60,000 nt of DNA from Mobula hypostoma (Eukaryota). Location of the stretch: NCBI RefSeq assembly GCF_963921235.1, contig NC_086097.1, positions 137,642,001-137,702,000 on the forward strand, in the 5' to 3' direction. The translations under genes and the position numbers were made by a program. The notes beneath the pieces are model-generated. The model saw only the letters and a program-made list of their open reading frames with translations, searched no databases and had not been told where the DNA came from. This document shows, piece by piece, positions 50,920 to 60,000 of this stretch; the stretch's first letter is position 1; each line of letters opens with the position of its first letter.

Positions 50920-51954
50920 GTTTAGACTAATATTTACTCACTGTTGTCGCACTCTGTCATTGTCCTGTCAGATAAGCCAGCATCATGATAGTTCTGTTTT
51001 CTCTCCCCTCACCTTTAACTTAATAGAACATCTCCTTACACTAGCTGGCTTAAAAACAAGTTTCAAAAACTATTGAACATTTTGTTGGCAAGTAGGGCTA
51101 TTTTATTGAATACCTCTGTCCCTTCATTAATTCAGTGGTTTTCCCAAGTAATGCTATGTCTTAGTTTGGAAAAAATTAGTAGAACTTTTGATCCTCGATT
51201 CGATTTTGAGAGAAGATGGGGCTCTTTTGCCAAATATTTGAATTAATTTATATGGTTTCCTTCTAATCTTATTTTATGTAAATGTGAATTGGCGGTTGAT
51301 GATATTTCATATATATACATACACACACACTGCTCCAGGAGTTTGATCCCAATGGTTTTTTCTCTTTTTTCTCTTTTTTTCTTCTTTTTATATTTTCTTT
51401 CTCTTGTAGTTAGTGGGTTTTTTTTTCTTTTAGTTAGTTGGGGTTATCTTTTTTCCTTCTTTTCTTTATAATTTTTTTTCAATGTCATATATTCTTTTTT
51501 GATTTTTTTTTCAGCTTTATTAACTGTATATATATCAATTTGTTGAAGTCTTGTATCATTTTATAGCTGTAGAAGATTGTATCAATAAAAAGATTTTTAA
51601 AATGAACATTTTTAAACGCTAGTACATTGAGATGCTGTTTCTTCAAGAAGGGATTGGATTGATCAGAATAGAGATTAGAGTTAGCACAAAACAGGCCCTT
51701 CAGCCCATAGTGTTCATGCTGAGCATCAGCTCTCATTTACACTGATCACATTTTATTCTCCCCACATTCCACTGATTCCGCCCCACCCCACACCCAGCAA
51801 CCTGCCCAAGATTCTGCTACTCACCTATATCCAGCAATTTTGAGGCCAATTAATGTACCAATGTGGAGGAAACGCATAGCAAGAATGTACATACTCATAC
51901 AGATAGCACCCAATGTCAGGATTGTCGCTGGCACTGAGGCACTGGCTGTCTCCG

Positions 51955-54900
51955 AGCCCGTCCACAACATTTCAGAGAGGGAGGGACAGCAGCCAGAGGT
52001 CTTGGTACACATTGGTACCAATGACATAGGAAGGAAAAGCAATGAGGTCCTGAAAAGAGAATTTAGAGAGCTAGGTAGAAAGCTGAGAAGCAGGGCCTCC
52101 CGGGTAGTAATTTCTGGATTGCTGCCTGTGCCGCGCACCAGTGAGGGTTGAGACAGGATGATTTGGCAGATAAATGCGTGGCTGAGAAGTTGGTGCAGGG
52201 GGCAGGGCTTCAGGTTCTTGGATCATTGGGATCTCTTCTGGGGGAGGTATGGCCTGTTCAGAAGTGATGGGTTGCACCAGAACCCGAGGAGGACCAATAT
52301 TCTCACAGGCAGGTTTGTTAGAGCCGTTAGGGAGGGCTTAAAGTAATTTGGCAGGGGGATAGGAACTGGAGTGAAGGGACTCAAGATAGGACGGATAGTA
52401 AAAAAGTAAAGATAGCGTGCAGTCAGACTGTCAGGAAGGGCAGGCAGGTGATGGGACATAGTTGGAGCCAACAGATTGAGTATCAGTACATTAGGGATGT
52501 AAAATCAAAAAGGATAGCAAATATGGTACTCAAGGTGTTGTATCTCAATGTGCGGAGTAAAAGAAATAAGGTGGATGATCTTGTTGCACTATTACAGATT
52601 GCCTGGTATGATGTTGTGGCCATCACTGAGCCGTGGCTGAAGGATGGTTGTAGTTGGCAGCTGAATGTCCAAGGTTACCCGTTATATCAGAAGAATAGGA
52701 AGGTAGGCAGTAGGTGTGGTGTGGCTCTACTGGTAAAGAATGGCATCAAATCAGTAGGAAGATGTGACATAGGATCGGAAGATGTTGAATCCTTGTGGGT
52801 TGAGTTAAGAAACTACAAGGGACGTTGATGGAAGTTATATACAGGCCTCCCAACAGTGGCTAGGAGGTGGACCACAGATTACAGCAAGAAATAGAAAAGG
52901 CATGTCAAAAGGGCAATGTTATGATTGTCATGGGAGATTTTAACATGCAGGTTGATTGGGAAAATTAGGTTGGTAATGGATCTCAAGAGTGAGTTTGTTG
53001 AATGTCTAAGAGATAGCTTTTTAGAATAGTTTGTCATTGAGCCTACTAGGGGATCAGCTATACTGGATTGGATGTTATGTAATGAACTGGAGGCAATTAG
53101 GGAGCTCAAGGTAAAAGAACCCTTAGGAACCAGTGAGCACAATATGATTGTGTTCAATTTGAAATTTGACAGGGAGAAAGTGAAGTCTGATGTAGCAGCA
53201 TTTCAGTGGAGTAAGGGAAATCACAGTGATATGAGAGAGGAGTTGGCCAAAGTAAATTGGAAGGAGCTGCTGGCAGGGATGTCAGCAGAGTGGCAATGGT
53301 GTGCATTTGTGGGAAAAATGAGGAAAGTGCAGGACACGTGTGTTCAAAAAATGAAGAAATACTCAAATGGTAAAATAGTACAACCGTGATCGACAGGGGA
53401 AGTCAAAGCTATTGTAAAAGCAAAAGAAAGGGCATACAACAAAGCAAAAATTAATGGGAAGGTAGAGGATTGGGAAGTTTTTAAAACCTACAGAGAGCAA
53501 CTAGAAAAAGTCATTAAAGGGAAAAGATGAAATATGAAAGCAAGCTAGCAAATAATATCAGAGTATGTTAAAAATAAAAGAGAAATTAGAGTGGATACAG
53601 GACCATTAGAAAATGAGGCCAGGGAAATAATAATGGGGGACAAGGAGATGGCTAATGAACTAAATGAGTATTTTGCATCAGTCTTCACTTTGGAAGACAC
53701 TAGCAGTATGTCTGATGTTGTAGTGTGTGAAGGAAGAGAAGTGGGTGCGGTTACTGTTACAAGAGAGAAGGTGCTCAAAAAGCTGGAAGACTTAAAGGTA
53801 CATAAATCACCCAGACCAGAGGAGCTGCACCCTAGGGTTCTGAAAGAGGTAATGTTAGAGATTGTGGTGGCATTAGAAATAATCTTTCAAAAATCATTGG
53901 ACTCAAGCATGGTGTTAAAGGACTGGAAAATTGCAAATATCACTCCACTCTTTAAGAAAAGGAGGAAAGCAGCAGAAAGGAAATTATAGACCAGTTAGCC
54001 TGACCTCAGTGGTTGGGAAGACGTTAGAGTCAATTGTCAAGAATGAGGTGATGGAGTACTTGGTGACACTGGACAAGATAGTATGAAGTCAGCATAGTTT
54101 CCTTCAGGGAAAATCCTGCCTGACGAACCTTTTGGAATTCTTTGAGGAGATTACAAGTAGGATAGATAAAAGGATTGCAGTGGACATTGTATACTTGGAC
54201 TTTCAGAAGGCCTTTGACAAGGTATCACACGTGAGGCTGCTTACCAAGTTAAGAGACCCAAGTATTACAGGAAAGTTACTAACATGGTTAGAGCATTGGC
54301 TGATTGGTAGGAGGCAGTGAGTTGGAGTAAAAGGATTCTTTTCTGGTTGGCCGACAGTGACTAGCAGTGTTCCACGGGGTCGGTGTTGGGACCACTTCTT
54401 TATAAGCTGTATGTAAATGATTTAGATGATAGAATAGATGGCTTTGTTGCCCAGTTTGCAGATTATACAAAGATTGGTGGAGGGGCGGGTATTGTTGAGG
54501 AAACAGGTAGGATGCAGAAGAACTTAGACAGATTAGGAGGAGGGGCAAGAAAGTGGCAAATGAAATACAATGTTGGAAAATGCATGGTCACGTACTTAGG
54601 TAGTAGAAATAAATGTGTGGACTGTTTTCTAAACAGGGAGAAAATACAGGAATCTGAGATGCAGAGGGACTTGAGAGTCCTTGTGCAGAACACCCTGAAG
54701 TTTAGCTTGCAGGTTGAGTCAGTGGTGAGGAAGGCAAATGCCATGTTAACATTCATTTCAAGAGGTCTAGAATACAAGAGCAAGGATGTGATGCTGAGGC
54801 TTTATTACGCACTGGTGAGGCCTCACCTTGAGTACTGTGACCAGTTTTGGGCCCCTCATCTTAGAAAAGATGTGCTGGCATTGGAGAGGGTCCAGAGGAG

Positions 54901-55373
54901 GTTCACAAGGATGATTCCAGGAATGAAAGGGCTATCATATGAGGAATATTTGGTGGCTCTGGGTCTGTATTCGCTGGAATTCAGAAGGATGAGGGGGATC
55001 TCATTGAAACCTTTCAAATATTGAAAAGCCTAGACAGAGTAGATGTGGAAAGGATGTTTCCCATAGTGGGAGAGTCTAGGACAAGAAGGCACAGCCTCAG
55101 GATAGAGGGGCACCCTTTCAAAACAGCGATGCAGGGAAATTTCTTTAGCCAAAGAGTGATGAATTTGTGGAATTTGTTGCCACATGCAGCTGTGGAGGCC
55201 AGGTCATTAGGTGTATTTAAAGCAGAGATTGATTGGACATGGCATCAAAGGTTGTGGGGAGAAGGCCGGGAACTGGGGTTGAGGTGGAGATAGGAGAGGA
55301 TCAGCCATGATTGAATGGCGGAGCAGATTTGATGGGCCAAATGACCTAATTCCTCCTATGTCTTATGGTCTTA
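51955..55373 (+). mobile_element. CR1 LINE, 5'-truncated within ORF1 esterase, inactivated
   Basis: HIGTNDIG, LYLNVRSKRNK, DFQKAFDKV, FADYTK motifs; tcttatgg tail; same family as 7561-11639. Confidence 0.95.
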
Positions 55374-56926
55374 TTAGCTGTGGCACTGGGCTGCCCCTTA
55401 TCTGTGAAGCATCCAGCCTTTCATATAGCATTCAGTACAAGTGATCACCTGGATTGCTACAGATTGTCAGAGGGAACAGGGTTCAGGAGGAACTATTTTG
55501 TTTTGACTTTCAGGATCTAGGCATTGCTAACAAGATATTTATTTCCCTCAAGAAAGTGGTGCTGAGCCATCTTCAAAAACCTGTGTCCTTCTGCTGAAGG
55601 TGTAGCAAAAGGAAAGGTCAATATTTTTCCAAAACAGGATGATGTTAAGAATTATAAGGAACCTACAAGTCTTGGTGTAATCAAGATCCTGCTGTCTTTG
55701 TCCATGGTGGTAGAGGTTGCAGGTTTATAAGGTGGTGTTACAAGTGAAGCTGATTTTCTTACAAAAGAGCTTGGGCAAGTAACTACAGGGCATTTTGTAA
55801 AGGGTACACACTGCAGCCAATATACATTGCCTGTGGAGGGAGAGGATACTTTGGCAGTTGATGGGATGCCAGTCAAGTGGTATGCTTTATTTTTAGATGG
55901 TGTTAACCTCCTTGAAAGTTGTTTCTACTGCACTCATTTGAGTGAAAGAAGAGCATCCCATCATGCACCTGACTTTGTGCCTTGTAGATGGTGAAGGGCT
56001 TTGAGTTGCTCATCATTAACCTTTTTAAACAATTCTTCCTACATTCTCATCCACTCCTCCAGATGCTTCCACTCACATACATACTAGGGGCAATTTACAG
56101 CGGCCACTTGACCTTAGGGATGTAGAGAGAAACCAGAGGAAACCTATGCAGTTCAGAGGGAGAACATGCAAACTCCACACTGACAGGTCAGGATTGAATC
56201 CGAGTCTCCAGTGTTGTCAGGTATTGAATGTCAAGTGTAGGTAGTGAGATTCTCTCTTGTTGGAGATGGTCATTGCCTGTACTTTCATGGAGTGGCTTTA
56301 GTTCCTTTGTCTCATAGATTACGTGCCTCTGAAAGGAGGGAAAGGGAAGAGATGCTTACTGGAGGTCATCATGATGTGGGCACATGGTTTAAGAAGCAGC
56401 TGGCATCTTCCTACCTAGTTAAGATTGATAGAGGTTGGAATGTCCGGGCACAGGAAGTCATAATCTCAAATAAGTGTGTTACAGCTTTTAAACCTGGGAT
56501 TAGGGGAAAGTCTCAGTCAGAATGTTATGAATCTTTGGAATTCTTTCCTAAGAAGGCAGTGGGTTCTTAATCACCAAGGCTGCCATGGACAGATTTTTGA
56601 GCACTATTATATAGGACAGGAAAGTAGAATTGAAATTGATTGGCCACAACTTTGGTGAATAGCACATCAGCTTTGAAGGGTTCTATGACTTACTTATTAT
56701 ATTCTTGTATGAATCCTCTTTCTTGAACATGTATTCAGTAATTCAAATCAGAGCAACATGGACCCAAAGATTTTAATCTTATTTATTTATTTAGAGATAC
56801 AGCGCAGAATACGCTCTTCCAGCCTTTTGAGCTGTGCGACCAGCAACCCTCAATTTAACCCTAACCTAATCACGGGACAACCTACTTACCCTACTTGATT
56901 TCAGATAAGGGGTACTCAACCTGTAA

Positions 56927-57052
56927 CATGAACTACTCCCAATTCCTTGTTTCCTGTTAGAACTGGAAATGCTATTGGCAATGAAAATGTTTCTAGTAAC
57001 AAATGCAAGCAATATTCAGAGTCCTAGTGTCTCAGCAGATTGTGCTGAGAAG
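56927..57052 (+). pseudogene. TOPAZ1: TOPAZ1 penultimate exon remnant (5' end lost, frameshift, dead donor)
   Basis: HELLPIPCFLLELEMLLAMKMFLVTNASNIQSPSVS then a shifted QIVLR vs human [46 protein letters not shown]. Donor reads atattc. Confidence 0.9.
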
Positions 57053-57129
57053 ATATTCATTTTTTGGAACATATTCGTTGTTTCACGTTCAAGGAGGTAT
57101 TTTAATTTACTGGCTTTTGTATTCTCAAG

Positions 57130-57343
57130 GTATGAAGATGAAAGTTCATTTGCAAATGGAGAATAAGCAGCAGCAGTGGACAGACTGCTGGCAGCCACTC
57201 GAATTTCAGAACCAAAGCTTCAAATAAAATGCGTAACGGTCAACATTGCAAAAGAAGAGATTTTCAGTTTGTAATATTCCTCTGCCCTCAGGTGCCTTGA
57301 ACAGAAAATGAGGTTGGGAGGCAAGGTTTGGCACTTTGGCTAA
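57130..57343 (+). pseudogene. TOPAZ1: TOPAZ1 terminal exon remnant with two in-frame stops
   Basis: YEDESSFANGE*AAAVDRLLAATRISEPKLQIKCVTVNIAKEEIFSL*YSSALRCLEQKMRLGGKVWHFG* vs human [69 protein letters not shown]. TAA at 57164 and 57272. Confidence 0.93.
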
Positions 57344-57380
57344 TAGTATCAAAGGTATTAGTTCAGCTTGAACATTAATA

Positions 57381-58185
57381 CAGAGGAATCTGGTTAACTG
57401 GGACACATTGGGACCAATAGATTTTGGCCCAATTAAGTGGCTGCTCCAATTAGCTGAAGTTTCATGGAATTTGTAAAAAAGGCATAAAAAAGACAAACTA
57501 CCGTTTATCTGAGTAACAAATTATGTATTTAAATGAAATACAGAACAAATTAGAACACTACCCATACTGCTACAGTACTATAAAACTGTATTAGTTCATA
57601 ATTATCAGAGGAATTCATCTAGTGTATGCTGTTGTGTTCTTTTGATTGACTGTAAATGAACAAATTCAGCGCAGACACCTAGTGTAAATAACGAACTGCC
57701 TTCGTATAATGCTTTCGACGATAGTATTCTCCAAATCTTTTTTTTGTAAATTTCAAGGTGATTGTCGTTGCTTTCAAATACTTGGTAGTTCCTACTTGCT
57801 GGTGGCAAAATAGTCGAATTTTCACTCCTAGCCCCTTTTGGCATCCCCAAGTCTGAATATTTGAAACTGTAGTGAGGAAAACAGTTCCGAATTGTCTTAC
57901 TGCTTATTTCTCACCAACTATCAGTGACAAAAATCACTGTTCTTTGAACACAAACCCACACATCCGATGCTATTTATGAAGTGTTCTCTCTACGCACGTA
58001 ATACCTAATGGCCACACAAGTGCATGCCACAGATTCTAGGTGAAACCTGTTTGGTAACAGTCTCCTGTCTCAGTTAAGCAGCATAATGTTCCAAATAAAC
58101 AAAGGGAATCCCGACTTATTTCCCAATTCTGTTCTTTAAGGGTTGTTCCAAATAAGTGGCTGCCCCATGTAACCAGAATCCACTG
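57381..58185. mobile_element. Tigger/pogo-like non-autonomous DNA transposon
   Basis: TA TSD; TIR cag(a/t)gga(a/t)tctggtta / taaccagaatccactg. Confidence 0.8.
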
Positions 58186-59117
58186 TAGTACTTTACATCA
58201 AATTGCTAATCACTGTATAATAAACCATTTGACTTTGAAATATTCTGCTTGCAGTTGATAACTAGCTTCATTTGTGAAGGTGTCCTGCTGAAGAATTGCA
58301 GTCAACAGAATAAACCACAACAGAGGCAGCAATTCCACGGCATCTAACCAGCCCAGACCGGGTACACACCACCTCAAGGACTGCAGTTCAATGAAGAGTT
58401 ATAACAGCTCAGCTTCCAGGTCTGAGGGTCAAATGTACCTGCAGCTCCTTCATCAGGAAAGGACTTATTCTGAAGATGAAGAATTTTTCCGATGCTGCTC
58501 AACCTGCTGAGTTCCTCCAGCAGATAACAGCACCTGCAGTACTATGTCTCTTTCTTTCCTCTTTGGATGGTATTTGCTGTTATTTTCTCCTTTGGATTTT
58601 GGAGGAATTTCTTTGCAGTGCAATTCTGGGCTATCATTGGCTAAGCCCAAGCATCATTGTACTCTTCCTTATGTAAGCATTCCTGTAATCACCACCAAGA
58701 TTTCACTAATCTTGCACAAAGATTCCTGCTGAGAGAATGGGTAAGTTCCACAATCCTTTGTGAAGCTTCAAAATCTCAGCCAAAAACTGCCTGCATTCGT
58801 ATTTCCTTCACTGAAGGAGGCTTGCAAATCCTCTTGCCTGAGTACGAACTGGCTGCACTCGTGGAAATACCAAGAACGACGAGTCAGATGGAAGAATTGG
58901 TGGGACTCATCACATTTGGCATATTATATGCTGTTATATTCGCACAAATCAGAATACAGTTGCCAAGCTAGGATTTCCCAGCCCTGGATGTCAACTGCAC
59001 TTCCAAAAAAAACAATGCAGATGTCCAGTTTTCACATGTGAATTTCATGTAGTCACCTGGCACTGTTCCATCCTAGCAGAAACCACCCAAATGTTTTCTC
59101 TGCTTTTTTTCCCCCAT

Positions 59118-59340
59118 CTACTGTTTCCAGTTCCAGGGAATGCACAAGTCACCATCCTGTAACACTGAGTAGAAATGTGAAATGCACAGGTGTATCCCAG
59201 ATAACTCCATCTGTTCCTCAAGCAGTCTTTTACATGACTGTATCATCTGTTCGCTGGATACACTTTGCTCTTTGTACAGTCTCTTGAGCCAAAACCTCTC
59301 TGTGCAAGCTTTGATTAGATCTTCCTGTTGTACTTTTAAC
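59118..59340 (-). CDS. TCAIM: TCAIM (T-cell activation inhibitor, mitochondrial) last coding exon; upstream exons lie beyond the window
   Basis: Acceptor tttttttcaatcccgatAG on the - strand. Open 223-nt exon LKVQQEDLIKAC...LYKEQSVSSEQMIQSCKRLL...HLCISHFYSVLQDGDLCIPWNWKQ* matches the recalled TCAIM C-terminus HLCISHFYSVMQDGDLCIPWNWK. Confidence 0.93.
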
Positions 59341-60000
59341 CTATCGGGATTGAAAAAAAAGTTCATTATATTCTGGAGTAAAAACATGTAGGCCTAGAAC
59401 TTGTTGGAAAAGAGTGATTAGTGACTTTCAGGCGTAAACTGTATATCAATTTCAGGGAACTGAGATGTAAGACAAGTTGCAAATCTTCAGAATTTTCTAT
59501 TTCGCTCATTTTGAACAAACTTCAGTAAGTAAGTAATATCCTTGACCTAGAATGGACTGGCTTCTAATGACAGCACCCTGAATGGGTGGTAATCAACAAT
59601 TTGCAAGTGGATTACATTTTACATTGGTAAATATCCCAAGGTGCTACACAAGAGTGTCAAAATTGAGATGGTCATTGATAAATCCGTAGGAAATTGGGAC
59701 AATGTTATCACACTGATCAAGGTGAACAGCATGGACATGTTGAAGAGGAAGCCAGAGAAGTAGAAAGGAGAAAGGAATATAAGGCTATAGAGAGAAACAC
59801 AAGCGGAACACAAATACTAGTGTTTGAAGTTGCATATACTTTTACAGCAATGAAATAATCATTTGAGAAGGATAACTAAAATCGGTAGCAGCGCACTAAC
59901 TGGTTTTGATTCCCATTTCCATTCTACTGTAAGTCACAAACTGAGAAACAATTAAGTGACTCACCCAGTTTCCAAAACCACACTGGACACACCTCATGTG

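Larger units (their letters stand above)
23409..57343 (+). pseudogene. TOPAZ1: TOPAZ1 (testis- and ovary-specific PAZ domain protein 1) multi-exon pseudogene; 5' exon(s) not located
   Basis: About 10 exon remnants in the same order as human TOPAZ1 (recalled), from the DDILVLDVIQD motif to the C-terminal GKVWxF. Multiple stops, frameshifts and lost GT donors. Adjacent to TCAIM, as in human. Confidence 0.9.

Noticed and set aside
46398..57343. Stop-codon readthrough or selenocysteine recoding to rescue TOPAZ1
   Set aside because: The stops are a mix of TAA, TAG and TGA, and come with frameshifts and dead splice sites.
58465..59041. Short ORFs between TOPAZ1 and TCAIM
   Set aside because: No recognisable homology or exon structure; most likely TCAIM 3' UTR with a small repeat fragment.

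Overview
Eukaryotic, repeat-rich vertebrate DNA. The CR1, Rex1, Penelope and SINE repertoire looks elasmobranch, probably a ray; this is inferred. There is no prokaryotic operon, CRISPR array or RNA gene. Much of the window is decayed transposable elements: two opposite-facing Gypsy proviruses with nested insertions, two solo LTRs, CR1 LINEs, a Tc1 transposon and several MITEs. The main signal is a multi-exon TOPAZ1 locus on the + strand (about 23.4-57.3 kb). TOPAZ1 is a germ-line meiosis gene. Its recognisable exons are colinear with human TOPAZ1 as I recall it, but carry many in-frame stops, frameshifts, dead splice donors and TE hits, so it is a pseudogene at the syntenic position. It lies tail-to-tail with an intact terminal coding exon of TCAIM (- strand, 59118-59340). 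Protein comparisons are by eye against remembered human sequences, not database searches.
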